A DNA stretch of 64,000 bases from a virus. Lineage: Duplodnaviria; Caudoviricetes. Positions 1-9,962 of this stretch are shown in pieces; the first letter of the stretch is position 1, and the number at the start of each line of letters is the position of its first letter. A program made the translations under genes and the position numbers. Location: the IMG/VR virus record IMGVR_UViG_3300033273_000833, positions 128,001 to 192,000 of that record; one strand, written 5' to 3'. Below the pieces are notes generated by a model. It had not been told where the DNA came from and made no database searches. It worked only from the letters and a program-made list of their open reading frames with translations.

Positions 1-2
1 GG

Positions 3-146
3 AGACAAAATGCAGAAGTTGTTTTTTGCGAACCTAAAGGTGGAACATCCCACATGGATGACGATGAGTTTGGTGCTTATATCAGAGGCGATAGCGTAGA
101 CGCTGATACAATGGACTATGATGGCATGGGAAACCACAAAAGATAA
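3..146 (+). CDS. Partial hypothetical protein (5' end outside window)
   Basis: Open frame from window edge (RQNAEVVFCEP...GNHKR*) ending 4 nt before next ATG. Confidence 0.5.
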   Translation, partial: RQNAEVVFCEPKGGTSHMDDDEFGAYIRGDSVDADTMDYDGMGNHKR

Positions 147-150
147 TAAA

Positions 151-513
151 ATGAAAGAAATAATAGGAGACGATTATCCAACTTACGAAGATTCAGTAAA
201 GCTAACTCTTGCAGAGAGAGATATTGCTAAATCTAATTCAGATAGATTATTAAAAGAAAATCTTGAACTTAGACATCGCTTGTCTTGTATTGCTGATGAC
301 ATATTAATTATTTCCAATCACATAGAAGATAATTGTAATAAAAAATTTAGAAAACCAAGTCACAATATTGATGGTAGTGTTAATGCAGATGAAGCATGGC
401 ATAATGTTAGCAACATAGAAATTGCTTGCGATTTAAGTGATGATGCTCCATTGGAGTGGGGTAGTGAATTTAAACATGAAGCAGAACTTGATAACTTAAA
501 TAGAGACTTATGA
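151..513 (+). CDS. Hypothetical phage protein
   Basis: ORF track 118..513; ATG at 151 fits tight packing after upstream stop. Confidence 0.7.
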   Translation: MKEIIGDDYPTYEDSVKLTLAERDIAKSNSDRLLKENLELRHRLSCIADDILIISNHIEDNCNKKFRKPSHNIDGSVNADEAWHNVSNIEIACDLSDDAPLEWGSEFKHEAELDNLNRDL

Positions 514-719
514 AAAGAGAATATTGCGTTGGAGTTAAAATAATTAATTGCTTTTATGTCGAAGCAGAAAGTCGAGATGAAGCAGAGCAAATAGTAAGAG
601 AGTATGATCCATACAAAACTCTTGACGATTGCGATTTTAATATTGAGTATGCCGATCCTACCAACGGAGAAATAGCATGGAAAATTAAAGCAGATGAGGT
701 GGATTGGGATAAATTATGA
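510..719 (+). CDS. Hypothetical phage protein
   Basis: ATGA overlap with neighbour, acidic phage-like composition. Confidence 0.75.
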   Translation: MKREYCVGVKIINCFYVEAESRDEAEQIVREYDPYKTLDDCDFNIEYADPTNGEIAWKIKADEVDWDKL

Positions 720-919
720 ACAAAAAAATTATTAAATTATTAAAAGCCGAACAGGAAAATATCGAAGAAATTAAGGAGACTCGAAATATGATAGACAAAT
801 TAGAAGACGAGCTAGAGTGGTATATGTGGAACGCTGAAGATGAGCAAGATCATATTATACATTTAGAAAATACATTAGATAAGCTATATAGACAATTAGA
901 ATTATTGGAAAAATTATGA
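716..919 (+). CDS. Hypothetical coiled-coil protein
   Basis: Overlapping start/stop, heptad-like E/L pattern. Confidence 0.7.
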   Translation: MNKKIIKLLKAEQENIEEIKETRNMIDKLEDELEWYMWNAEDEQDHIIHLENTLDKLYRQLELLEKL

Positions 920-1116
920 AATTAACTAAATATCAAAAAGCTAGATTACTTGAATACGAATGGGATGTGATTTCTAACGATCATGGAAATTGTGCTTGGA
1001 TTAGTATCGCCCCCGAAGATGGTGCTATTTTTGGGCAAGTTGCCAAAGAATTAGGCTTGACAGGTGATGGTGAAGATATTAAGCTATTAATAATAGGAAC
1101 ACAAGAAGGAGAATAA
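916..1116 (+). CDS. Hypothetical phage protein
   Basis: ATGA overlap in operon. Confidence 0.7.
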   Translation: MKLTKYQKARLLEYEWDVISNDHGNCAWISIAPEDGAIFGQVAKELGLTGDGEDIKLLIIGTQEGE

Positions 1117-1120
1117 AAAT

Positions 1121-1321
1121 ATGAGAACGACTAAAGAACAACTACGAGACGAAGAGCCATCAGTTGACGATATGCGTTATGACATTGCCGAACGAGAAGC
1201 AATGAATATGAATGTGAGTGAAATAATTGATCTTTTACTCGATGGGTGCATTGGATTAAATGAAATGCCAAGTGTCGAAATAAAAGATGAATGGAATCAA
1301 ATTTTTGGGGTTGACAAATAA
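1121..1321 (+). CDS. Hypothetical phage protein
   Basis: Operon packing; AAGGAG upstream. Confidence 0.7.
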   Translation: MRTTKEQLRDEEPSVDDMRYDIAEREAMNMNVSEIIDLLLDGCIGLNEMPSVEIKDEWNQIFGVDK

Positions 1322-1345
1322 TTCAATTGCCACTATTGTTTCATC

Positions 1346-1576
1346 ATGGACTATACAAACGAAATAGAATGTGGTTTTAAATTAATAGATCATTTGCTCG
1401 CAAATTCAGCAGATGATTTATCGGAGAAATGTCAAAATGCGATCAATGAAAGATATGAATTACTTTTAGAATATGAGGAATTTTTTAGGTATGACAATAA
1501 AAGATTCTATTTTGAGATGCGTAACTTTATTGATTGGATGTGCGATGAAATTTTAATTGAATATTATTTTAAATAA
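1346..1576 (+). CDS. Hypothetical phage protein (leaderless)
   Basis: TTGACA-17-TATTGT-6-ATG. Confidence 0.75.
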   Translation: MDYTNEIECGFKLIDHLLANSADDLSEKCQNAINERYELLLEYEEFFRYDNKRFYFEMRNFIDWMCDEILIEYYFK

Positions 1577-1577
1577 A

Positions 1578-1763
1578 ATGAAATTAGGACAAGCAATAGA
1601 AATAGTTTTAAATGAAGCAGAAGTCTCTGCCATTGCAGAAACATCAGATGAACATTCAGAAGTCTTAGATGCAGTCGAAGTTGTAAGAATGTTTTATAAA
1701 GGGTTTGGTCATCATTTTAAAAATTTTACTTTACCCGAAGAATTAAACCTTGACAAAGACTAA
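1578..1763 (+). CDS. Hypothetical phage protein
   Basis: ORF track 1557..1763; ATG at 1578 directly follows upstream stop. Confidence 0.7.
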   Translation: MKLGQAIEIVLNEAEVSAIAETSDEHSEVLDAVEVVRMFYKGFGHHFKNFTLPEELNLDKD

Positions 1764-1808
1764 AAAACCTGTCAGTATTAAATAATTAACAATTAACAAA
1801 GGAATAAA

Positions 1809-2408
1809 ATGAATTATTTTACAAATACAAATGTCCGTTGGAAAACATGGTCGCCCGAAAATATCATCTTCAAAAGCAATCAATTAGTAAAGAAGGTTTT
1901 ACCCTCTGAACATATTTTGTCATGGAAGAGCAAAGGTGATCGTGACCAAAAAATGTGCGAGAAAACAGGTTGCAAACAATTTAATGGAGTTTATACATAT
2001 TACACAAGAGAAAACTACAAAGGTGTTATGGTTCAATTAAAAGATGTAAAAGATGATTTTCCATCTGCCAATATCGACTTTATTGATTGCACAGATAGAA
2101 AAGATAGTGTTGGTAATCGAAAAGGTTCTTTGGATATATTAGTTTACCTTAATTCTTTTCATAGTAATTTCAAATGGGATAGATGCCCAAAAACTCATAA
2201 TTGGGTTAAGACAAGCACAGGCAAAACTACACCATTACGAGAAGGTTATCGTATGTGTTATGGTGGACAAGGTGATGCAAATCCTATGGATTTCGATGAA
2301 TTTCATGAGATGATTCAAATAACAGAGATGATTAGAGATTTCCTTGTTGATGTTGTCGTTCCCACAAGGAATGGTGAATTAGTTGAAGAAGATTTATTAG
2401 TAGCATAA
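1809..2408 (+). CDS. Hypothetical phage protein, 199 aa
   Basis: Own promoter near 1750 and AAAGGA ribosome-binding site. Confidence 0.85.
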   Translation: MNYFTNTNVRWKTWSPENIIFKSNQLVKKVLPSEHILSWKSKGDRDQKMCEKTGCKQFNGVYTYYTRENYKGVMVQLKDVKDDFPSANIDFIDCTDRKDSVGNRKGSLDILVYLNSFHSNFKWDRCPKTHNWVKTSTGKTTPLREGYRMCYGGQGDANPMDFDEFHEMIQITEMIRDFLVDVVVPTRNGELVEEDLLVA

Positions 2409-2716
2409 TGCCAATTTATTGCAACGATAATACACTATTGTCTATAAGTAATAATAACATTGAATCATACAAAGATTATTTTAAAAAATCAAAATTAAAA
2501 CTAATGGAAGAAAAAACAGAAAAACAAGAATTAACTGCTGAAGAACAATATTTATATAATATAATTAATTCGTGCGAACTTATACTCGATGATTTAGAAA
2601 AAGGTTCGATTATAGCTCAATCAGATTTTAATATGCTCGGTTATGCAGATGGTATCATGGACAAAATGCGTAAAAATGTTCATAAAGATTTAGTATTTAG
2701 AAATAAAAGTGGATAA
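2408..2716 (+). CDS. Hypothetical protein
   Basis: TAATG coupling; start could be internal (MEEKTEK). Confidence 0.6.
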   Translation: MPIYCNDNTLLSISNNNIESYKDYFKKSKLKLMEEKTEKQELTAEEQYLYNIINSCELILDDLEKGSIIAQSDFNMLGYADGIMDKMRKNVHKDLVFRNKSG

Positions 2717-2834
2717 TTTACCCGAAATTTTTTATGTTTTAAATATGATAATAGGATGCGTTTTAATCTTACTTTTTCTCTTTATCGTAACAAGTGGAGA
2801 ATAATTGTATAAAATTATATGTGTAATTATATAC

Positions 2835-3149
2835 ATGGATAATGATAATATAGAAAGGGATAATGACTTAGAATTTCGCAAACTTGAGCAAGAAATAAAT
2901 GAGCATAGATTTCACAGAAGAAATACTCCCATTCATATTACTCAAAATAAAATTGATTGCTTTAGAAAACAATTAGATTCTTTTCAAGAAAAACTTCACT
3001 ATTGCCATATCAGTAAAGAAAATGTTTTAGAATTTAATAAAATTTTATTCAGTTTACATAATCTCTACAAGGAAATATCTTATCAGAGAGACGATGGAAT
3101 GTATAAAAAATATGTAGAGAATCTTAATAAAAAAGATTCTAGTGATTAA
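2835..3149 (+). CDS. Hypothetical protein with late-type promoter
   Basis: GTGTAA-8 nt-ATG at 2821-2835. Confidence 0.7.
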   Translation: MDNDNIERDNDLEFRKLEQEINEHRFHRRNTPIHITQNKIDCFRKQLDSFQEKLHYCHISKENVLEFNKILFSLHNLYKEISYQRDDGMYKKYVENLNKKDSSD

Positions 3150-3423
3150 TATAATTTATATATTAGTATGTTTTTATGGGTTAATATTAACGCTAACTTA
3201 TATATGTGTTCAAATAACAATCAAACAAAAAGATACTATGGACAAAAAAATAATAATGGATGACTATGACGCAGGTTTTGCTGATGCTACAAAACTAATG
3301 GAAAAAAAATTAGATGAAATTCTCTCAAAATATCGAGACATCCTAAAAAAGTATGATTACATCGAAGAAGCAAGAGATGTTGAGTTGCTTGAAGAGGTCA
3401 AACAAAAACTTTTTGAAAAATAG
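3142..3423 (+). CDS. Hypothetical protein, possible N-terminal TM segment
   Basis: ORF track; hydrophobic N-terminus; start uncertain. Confidence 0.55.
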   Translation: MINIIYILVCFYGLILTLTYICVQITIKQKDTMDKKIIMDDYDAGFADATKLMEKKLDEILSKYRDILKKYDYIEEARDVELLEEVKQKLFEK

Positions 3424-3461
3424 TGTTGACAATTCGGTAGAGCTTCATCATAATTATAGTT

Positions 3462-3683
3462 ATGAAGTATCAAGCCGAAGCAAATGCAGTTTATGAAATG
3501 TTATTTGATCTTGAGGATTTGGTTGATTTACATCAAAGTAGATTTTTACCAAATCAGTTGAGAGAGATAATTTCATTTAAAAATAAAATCAATCATCTAC
3601 TCTCTCGTAGGTTTCCGTTAAAAGCTAAAAGGGAAGTCAAGAATTTAGATAAGTACATCAATGAATGTTTATATGGACGCTGA
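3462..3683 (+). CDS. Hypothetical protein (leaderless)
   Basis: TTGACA-17-CATAAT-7-ATG. Confidence 0.75.
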   Translation: MKYQAEANAVYEMLFDLEDLVDLHQSRFLPNQLREIISFKNKINHLLSRRFPLKAKREVKNLDKYINECLYGR

Positions 3684-3852
3684 AATTATAGTTAAAGAAA
3701 CAAAAATTAAAGGTACTATGGGTACTTTATGGAAGGTAGTCTCAAACCATGCAGAGTGTTTAAATCTACTGACTCGCAGAAAAACTCTTGACAGGGTTGA
3801 TCTTTTATGTTTGACTGATCTTGGTTTTAAAATTAAATACGAAAATAAATAA
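3661..3852 (+). CDS. Hypothetical protein
   Basis: Operon packing; start may be 3673. Confidence 0.6.
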   Translation: MNVYMDAEIIVKETKIKGTMGTLWKVVSNHAECLNLLTRRKTLDRVDLLCLTDLGFKIKYENK

Positions 3853-4112
3853 TGAAAATACAACTAGGGATAAGAGGTAGTTCAGATGCCATAAATCATA
3901 TTTTAATTAAAATAGATGATCTTATTTTAATGAATAAAGATAATTTATTTCTAGCAGGGAATGAAGGCAGAGATAAAACAGGAAAAAATTTAGTTCAATT
4001 ATTAAATACTTTATCTAAGGATCACGAAATATCTGTAAGTGAGAATGTTGCAGGACAGATAGAAAGCGAATTGGACATAGAAAACAATGAAATTAAAAAA
4101 TATGTAAATTAA
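3852..4112 (+). CDS. Hypothetical protein
   Basis: TAATG coupling. Confidence 0.65.
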   Translation: MKIQLGIRGSSDAINHILIKIDDLILMNKDNLFLAGNEGRDKTGKNLVQLLNTLSKDHEISVSENVAGQIESELDIENNEIKKYVN

Positions 4113-4118
4113 ATAAAT

Positions 4119-4292
4119 ATGAAAAGATTAGAAGCAGTTAATAAAGAAAAAGTTTTATTGCAAATAATAGATCATTGCAAGGAACTTTTAAAAGATGAAA
4201 AATTTCTCGCAAACAACGATTGGAATACAGATACTCTGTTGCTTCATTCGGAGAAATTTCTTAAACTAGAATTACAACAATGGATCAAATAG
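4119..4292 (+). CDS. Small hypothetical protein (57 aa, not in ORF track)
   Basis: MKRLEAVNKEKVLLQ...QQWIK* read from sequence, fills gap. Confidence 0.6.
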   Translation: MKRLEAVNKEKVLLQIIDHCKELLKDEKFLANNDWNTDTLLLHSEKFLKLELQQWIK

Positions 4293-4396
4293 CAGAACTA
4301 TGGTCATTACCTTGGGGTGATGGTTTGCTGTTAACTTTTATGTTAATGGCACTTTATACTTACAAGGTTTGGATAGACAACAAATTTAAAAAGTAA
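4280..4396 (+). CDS. Small membrane peptide (38 aa)
   Basis: MDQIAELWSLPWGDGLLLTFMLMALYTYKVWIDNKFKK; single hydrophobic helix. Confidence 0.55.
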   Translation: MDQIAELWSLPWGDGLLLTFMLMALYTYKVWIDNKFKK

Positions 4397-4439
4397 TTTT
4401 GGTATTGACAACCAAGAAAGATCAATCTAGTATTATACC

Positions 4440-4673
4440 ATGAACACAACAGAAGCATTCCTAGCAAGTATTGAACAATCAATCTCTCATGCAGAGAAGA
4501 TAGCAAACTCGATCCCCAAGAAGGGTCTTAATGTTTATCTCGACAAATCTACTATGGTCATGCAGACATTCAGCGATCCTAGTGCGTTTGAGTATGCCAA
4601 GAAGGTTACTGCAAGAGCAGGGCAATCAAGTTGTCTTAGAAATGTATTAGATGCAGGGGGTAGATTACAATAA
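4440..4673 (+). CDS. Hypothetical protein (leaderless)
   Basis: TTGACA-17-TAGTAT-6-ATG. Confidence 0.8.
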   Translation: MNTTEAFLASIEQSISHAEKIANSIPKKGLNVYLDKSTMVMQTFSDPSAFEYAKKVTARAGQSSCLRNVLDAGGRLQ

Positions 4674-4782
4674 TGCTTGATAAAAGATGCGAAATAATTG
4701 TTTAGTTATATAAATACAAAGTTTTTATTAGTAAATCATAATTATGCTTGACATATCATGCAAATCAATCTAGTTTTAATAC

Positions 4783-5043
4783 ATGAAACGAATCAATATA
4801 CAATCACACATGAAACAATTATTTAGAGAGGAAGGACTCATGGATCATTTACCAACATACGAAGAATACATAAAAGATATGTCATTAGTAGATCAAATAA
4901 AATTCTATTATGATGTTGACATCGACAACTATTTAGGTGATCCTTGGGAAATACTCGCAGAATGTGCAGTCGATCCACATTGGTTAGAAGAGTTTAAAGT
5001 TAATTTTAAAGAATATTTACAAGAAAGGGAATACATACAATGA
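4783..5043 (+). CDS. Hypothetical protein (leaderless)
   Basis: TTGACA-17-TAGTTT-6-ATG. Confidence 0.8.
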   Translation: MKRINIQSHMKQLFREEGLMDHLPTYEEYIKDMSLVDQIKFYYDVDIDNYLGDPWEILAECAVDPHWLEEFKVNFKEYLQEREYIQ

Positions 5044-5267
5044 AGGTAAAAAAAGTTTGGAATATTGAACCACAAAAAATGTTAGATTATATTCTTGAAG
5101 CAGACAGATCAAATGGTTTGCATAAAGAAGAAGATTATAGTCCTACATTTTATATCGGCAAAGATTTAGATTACATTCGTGAAGTCTATGAAGATTATAA
5201 TGGTCTTGAATCTCTAACTGAAGAAGAGCAAATAGAACATGGATATTATAGATTGGAGATAGCATAA
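5040..5267 (+). CDS. Hypothetical protein
   Basis: ATGA overlap. Confidence 0.7.
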   Translation: MKVKKVWNIEPQKMLDYILEADRSNGLHKEEDYSPTFYIGKDLDYIREVYEDYNGLESLTEEEQIEHGYYRLEIA

Positions 5268-5443
5268 TGGAATATACAGATGATAATGTAATGATAGTTG
5301 CACAAAAAATTGTTGACGATATGGATTTAGACGATCTTATGTCTTATGTCTACGATGACCTTTGTGCAATCATGGATAAAGATGAGGAATTATTTAATGT
5401 AAATGTAGAACATTTTTATGAGAATGAAAGTAATAAGCGTTAG
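5267..5443 (+). CDS. Small acidic hypothetical protein (58 aa, not in ORF track)
   Basis: TAATG coupling; MEYTDDNVMIVAQKIVDDMDLDDL... Confidence 0.6.
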   Translation: MEYTDDNVMIVAQKIVDDMDLDDLMSYVYDDLCAIMDKDEELFNVNVEHFYENESNKR

Positions 5444-5630
5444 ATATTTTGAAACAAATAAGGGAATTGGTTATCAATGCAAAACCAACATCCAAGGCAT
5501 CCAAATATGCAATGATGGAAATGGTGGAGCAACTTATTTAGATGGAGCATTTAAATACACAAAAAATTTCGATCATTTATCTGAATGGGATTTAGAAGAT
5601 TTAATTGACCAATACGAAAATAACTCTTGA
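5418..5630 (+). CDS. Hypothetical phage protein
   Basis: ORF track; GxxxNDGxGGxT pattern typical of phage small proteins. Confidence 0.7.
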   Translation: MRMKVISVRYFETNKGIGYQCKTNIQGIQICNDGNGGATYLDGAFKYTKNFDHLSEWDLEDLIDQYENNS

Positions 5631-5661
5631 CATCACAACAAAAACACTTTAGATTTATAGC

Positions 5662-5826
5662 ATGAACATTAATTATATATATGAAGATAATACTATTGAA
5701 GAAAAATTTTGGTACGACTCCTACACAGGCACTTATTGGTTGCACGATGAGGAGTGGGAAGAACCAATGGAGTTTACGGAAGATGAATTAATTTCAGAAG
5801 GAATTTACTTAAATGAATATTGCTAA
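5662..5826 (+). CDS. Small acidic/aromatic hypothetical protein (leaderless, 54 aa)
   Basis: TTGACA-17-TAGATT-6-ATG. Confidence 0.7.
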   Translation: MNINYIYEDNTIEEKFWYDSYTGTYWLHDEEWEEPMEFTEDELISEGIYLNEYC

Positions 5827-6031
5827 AGAATATAATGTAGAAATAGGTTTGACTCCAAGCGATATTGAAGCTATTATTAATGGAGAAATGTCAACGCTTC
5901 ACTTTTTACCAACTGATGATACTGATTACGAAGATAAGATTAGTGTTCACCTCAAACCAATTAGCGAAGATGCAACTTTATCAGAACAAATGAATTTAGT
6001 TGTTGACACATGGAGCAAGAAAGAGTTATAG
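5813..6031 (+). CDS. Hypothetical protein
   Basis: ORF track, operon packing. Confidence 0.65.
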   Translation: MNIAKEYNVEIGLTPSDIEAIINGEMSTLHFLPTDDTDYEDKISVHLKPISEDATLSEQMNLVVDTWSKKEL

Positions 6032-6098
6032 TATCGACATATTAATTATGATATGCTTGCAAAAAGTAAAAATATCGACATAAAGTGTAATTTAATAT

Positions 6099-6908
6099 GT
6101 GAGTAATGATCCAAACTTTCCATCCTCTTTACCTATTGCTCCTGCGAGAAATAGTTCTCTTGGGTTTAATTATGTATGGGACACTTTAAATTTACATTGG
6201 ACTCCTAAACCCGAAAGCCAATATGACCTAGCTATTGGTCAAGCAAAAGAAAGCGTAAATAAATTTGGTGCTTTACCTCAAATTACAGATAAATTGTCAG
6301 TCCAAACTATATGGGATGGAGTAACAGAATATGTATTTCCTAGTGATAGTGGCGAATCATTAATCATCACCTCTTCTAGCGGAACGGATAATCAATCTGT
6401 AATAATTATGGGGTTAGATGAAAATTTTGAACAACAATCTCAAGAAATTACTCTTTCGGGCACAAGCAATGTAAATGTACCAAGTACATGGACTAGAGTT
6501 TTTCGAGCTTACAATAATGACTCTACTGATTTTGCGGGAGATGTTTCAATTAAAAGTAGTAATGAAGTTAATACTTATGCAAAAATTTTGTCAAATAATA
6601 ATCAAACTTTGATGTGTGTTTATACTATACCTGCTAATTATACAGGAAAATTAGTTAAGTTTAATTTATCCGCACACAACACTTCTTCAGCGAATTCTTT
6701 GAGTGTAGTTGTTCACCTTAAAACTAGAGAGTACGGAAAAGTTTTTCGGACTAGGAATGTAAAAGGTTTTAGCGATACATCTCCTGCCTCTGAACAATTA
6801 GTTTTTCCGTTAGTTTTAGCACCTAAAACAGACATTATTTTCAATAAAGTAAGCACAAGTGCAACTTCGGGAAAAATAAATTGCGATTTTGACATTGCAT
6901 TGAGTTAA
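6099..6908 (+). CDS. Probable virion structural protein (beta-rich, S/T/N-rich)
   Basis: GTGTAA-8-GTG late promoter; NKFG...TIWDG...GLDENF...TWTRVFRAY pattern seen in phage structural proteins. Confidence 0.6.
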   Translation: MSNDPNFPSSLPIAPARNSSLGFNYVWDTLNLHWTPKPESQYDLAIGQAKESVNKFGALPQITDKLSVQTIWDGVTEYVFPSDSGESLIITSSSGTDNQSVIIMGLDENFEQQSQEITLSGTSNVNVPSTWTRVFRAYNNDSTDFAGDVSIKSSNEVNTYAKILSNNNQTLMCVYTIPANYTGKLVKFNLSAHNTSSANSLSVVVHLKTREYGKVFRTRNVKGFSDTSPASEQLVFPLVLAPKTDIIFNKVSTSATSGKINCDFDIALS

Positions 6909-6950
6909 TTTTTCTTGACATAGAGAGCAATATGCTCTATGTTTATTAGT

Positions 6951-7181
6951 ATGAATTACATCACAGAAAAAATTAGTTTCAATGTTCCTCAAAATGGTGG
7001 AGATCAATATCGTTTGTATGAGTGCGTAGATCAAGTCGCAGATTTAATTGATATGTATTTCGGTACTGCAATAGAAGATACAACCAATATACATAATTTA
7101 ATTGAACAAGAAATTAAAGCAAGTAAACTTAGGGAAGTAGAACACAACAGATTAGAAAACATAAATGGGGGTTCAAGATAA
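6951..7181 (+). CDS. Hypothetical protein (leaderless)
   Basis: TTGACA-17-TATGTT-7-ATG. Confidence 0.7.
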   Translation: MNYITEKISFNVPQNGGDQYRLYECVDQVADLIDMYFGTAIEDTTNIHNLIEQEIKASKLREVEHNRLENINGGSR

Positions 7182-7210
7182 TTTAACAAAAAAAATAATC
7201 AAATAATATT

Positions 7211-7366
7211 ATGAGTAAAAAAGCAATAGATAAAGCAAAAAATTCACCAATGGGTAAAAAAATGTCTCACACAGGAAATCAACCTCTTGTAGAGTCTTTA
7301 ACAAACAAGGGTTGCATGGTTCGACCAAAAGTTAGAAAAGCTCAAGAAAGGAGATTAGCCAAGTGA
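7211..7366 (+). CDS. Small basic hypothetical protein (51 aa)
   Basis: MSKKAIDKAKNSPMGKK...RRLAK* read from sequence. Confidence 0.55.
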   Translation: MSKKAIDKAKNSPMGKKMSHTGNQPLVESLTNKGCMVRPKVRKAQERRLAK

Positions 7367-7506
7367 ACGAGGTTATAGAGTTTATTGAACAAAAAATTTT
7401 AGACATTAAGAATTATCCTATCAGCACACAAGAGGAAGAGCAAATGCACATACTAGAAATTGGTTGTCTAAATCAGTTACTTAGAGTGGCAAATGAACTT
7501 TCTTAA
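7363..7506 (+). CDS. Small hypothetical protein (47 aa)
   Basis: GTGA overlap with upstream stop. Confidence 0.5.
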   Translation: MNEVIEFIEQKILDIKNYPISTQEEEQMHILEIGCLNQLLRVANELS

Positions 7507-7576
7507 AAAAAGTGTTGACATCTCAATCAACATACTCTAGTATTTTATCATAGTTTAATTTAACACAAGGAAAAAA

Positions 7577-9868
7577 ATGATTATCACACAAAACAAATCT
7601 AAAGAAGTAGTTAGTTCTCACGATTTCGAGCAAGTAAATTGCACGATTGATGCCGAAGATATGCGTTATGTTGCATCTCTTCTTCGCAACAATTATTCCA
7701 ATACTCGCCTTGCAGTCGTTCGTGAGATTAGTGCGAACGCACTCGATGCCAATACTGAAGCAGGAGTAAATCGTCCAATCGAAATCAAGTTACCAACTGC
7801 AATGAATCCAACATTTGCAGTTCGTGATTTCGGGGGTGGACTTAGCCAAGAAGATGTTTTCGGTCTTTACTCCAAGTATGGCAAGTCAACCAAGCGTACA
7901 TCCAACAATTATATCGGTGCTTTCGGTATCGGTAAATTTGCTCCACTTTCTTATGGTGACAACTTTACTTGCGTTTCTTTCCATAATGGAACAAAAACTT
8001 CTTACAATGTATTTGTCGATGAGAATGACGATACCAAGATCACAAAGTTGTTTGAAGAACCAAGCAATGAGCCAACAGGTTTGAGTATTGAAGTTGCAGT
8101 CGCAGAAGATGATCGCAAAGAGTTTAGAAATGTTGTGCAAAATTTCTTTCGTTTCTTCTCTGACTCTGATATGCCAAAATTTCTCGGAGTTGAAGAAGAC
8201 TTTATACAAACTCCAAAAAAAGTTTTATCAAGTAAGACTGACGAATGGTTCTTTGTAGAAGAGAATAGACATGGATACAATCATTACTATTCTTATGTTC
8301 TTATGGGTAGAGTTGCTTACCCTATTGATCCAAACGCAATAAATGTAGAAAATTTTGTGTCCGATGAAAGTTCTCGCAGAATAGTTCAACAACTTTTATC
8401 ACAAAGTAATTTCTACTTTCGTGTGCCTCTTGGTTCAGTAAGATTGCATCATAGTCGTGAGTCGCTAGAATACAACAAAGCAACTCAAAAAGAAATTTGT
8501 GCGATTCTTTACAAAGTAAGTAAAGATATTCAGACTATTGCAAAAGAAAAACTTGCCGATAGTGAAGACTTATATGAAGCAAAAAGAAATTATGCTCAAG
8601 TCATCAATGCTCTACCTTATCAAGTAAGATCAGTATTTGAGAATAGTTTCGAGTGGAATGGTATCAAAATTGATAGTTCCTGCTTTCAAAGAGATTACCA
8701 ACTGCAAGAAGACTTAATTATTACTCAATACGAAAAAATTGAAGATAAAGATTCTCGCAATGGTTTTAAGGTGCAAGCACAAAAGTCAAATCGTGTTTTC
8801 TGCCAAGATCATCATGTTATTATGATGCAAGATATTGAATCTTCTCATGGTAATAATCTTAGAGTTCGCACTTTGATGAATGAATTGCCCATTAATGCAG
8901 TCACTATCGTTTACGCTAATTCTGAATGTGCTAAAGCAGAAGTTTACGATAATTGGCAATTTGACCTTATTGATCCAAAGCATATTAGATACTCTTCTCA
9001 AGTCGAGAAAGAGAAGATTGTACGCAATAAAGTATCGGGTACGAGTCGTGCTTCTATTCCCTTGTTCAAAATGAAATTTGACAAATCTAGCTACGCTTAT
9101 CGCAATGCAGACTATTGGCAAAATGTAAGTGATCCAATCAATTCTCTTGAGCTAGACAATATTGAAGGTTCTGTCAACAATAAAATTCTATATGTTCCAA
9201 TCAAGAACTATAAGATTGACAATGAGACTTATGATCTTGACAGGGTTTACAAAATCTGCCAAAGCATCAGAAAGAAAGCAGAAGATAATTCTCAAGAAAA
9301 AAGTTTTGTTTTATTTGGTGTTCGTGCAGGTGATGTCAAAAAATTAGACAAGAGTACATGGATGTCTTTCTTTGACTTTTATGTTGAGCATTGCAAAAAC
9401 ATAATTCGTGAAAACAAGAAAGAGTCTCAATCTGCATACAAAGTAATTCAATTCAGAAAATCATCGAATCATAATTTTGGCGATTATCGTTGGAGTTACG
9501 GAAACCTTTTCTCCAATCGCACATTCAATATTGATACTCTAGGCAAAGAGCATTTGGTTAGTCGTTGTGCAGAAAATTGGAATCTTCTTATGGAAGAAAG
9601 TGCAAGTGTGCGTAAGTTTGAAGTTGCGATCAATGTTGTCAACCTAAGTGATCCCACATGGTTAGATGATGTATTGGGTGTAAAAGTTAATGCTGAATCA
9701 ATCATGGAAGACTTCTCTTTATTGAAGAAAAAATATCCTTTACTTAAAATGGTCGCTAAATCTACCAATCAATGGATGGACTTAGCTAGAAATAGTGATT
9801 ATGATAATAGCGATACAAATGCACAAATTTTACAATACATTTCCTTGTGTGATGGGGTTGGGGCTTAA
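7577..9868 (+). CDS. rIIA: rIIA-like protein (N-terminal GHKL/HATPase domain)
   Basis: LYSN..AVVREISANALDA, RDFGGGLS, YGKSTK, GAFGIGKF GHKL motifs; directly upstream of an rIIB homologue. Confidence 0.9.
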   Translation: MIITQNKSKEVVSSHDFEQVNCTIDAEDMRYVASLLRNNYSNTRLAVVREISANALDANTEAGVNRPIEIKLPTAMNPTFAVRDFGGGLSQEDVFGLYSKYGKSTKRTSNNYIGAFGIGKFAPLSYGDNFTCVSFHNGTKTSYNVFVDENDDTKITKLFEEPSNEPTGLSIEVAVAEDDRKEFRNVVQNFFRFFSDSDMPKFLGVEEDFIQTPKKVLSSKTDEWFFVEENRHGYNHYYSYVLMGRVAYPIDPNAINVENFVSDESSRRIVQQLLSQSNFYFRVPLGSVRLHHSRESLEYNKATQKEICAILYKVSKDIQTIAKEKLADSEDLYEAKRNYAQVINALPYQVRSVFENSFEWNGIKIDSSCFQRDYQLQEDLIITQYEKIEDKDSRNGFKVQAQKSNRVFCQDHHVIMMQDIESSHGNNLRVRTLMNELPINAVTIVYANSECAKAEVYDNWQFDLIDPKHIRYSSQVEKEKIVRNKVSGTSRASIPLFKMKFDKSSYAYRNADYWQNVSDPINSLELDNIEGSVNNKILYVPIKNYKIDNETYDLDRVYKICQSIRKKAEDNSQEKSFVLFGVRAGDVKKLDKSTWMSFFDFYVEHCKNIIRENKKESQSAYKVIQFRKSSNHNFGDYRWSYGNLFSNRTFNIDTLGKEHLVSRCAENWNLLMEESASVRKFEVAINVVNLSDPTWLDDVLGVKVNAESIMEDFSLLKKKYPLLKMVAKSTNQWMDLARNSDYDNSDTNAQILQYISLCDGVGA

Positions 9869-9890
9869 ATGCCTCTTCCCCATTTATTTT
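9852..9890 (+). terminator. Hairpin/terminator between rIIA and rIIB
   Basis: ATGGGG-tt-GGGGC / GCCTC-tt-CCCCAT stem followed by TTATTTT, just before promoter at 9901. Confidence 0.5.
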
Positions 9891-9962
9891 AAGAAAAAAC
9901 TTGACAATATCTGTAAATTTAATTAGTATTATATATATTAACAATTCAAAAAGGAAAAAAAT

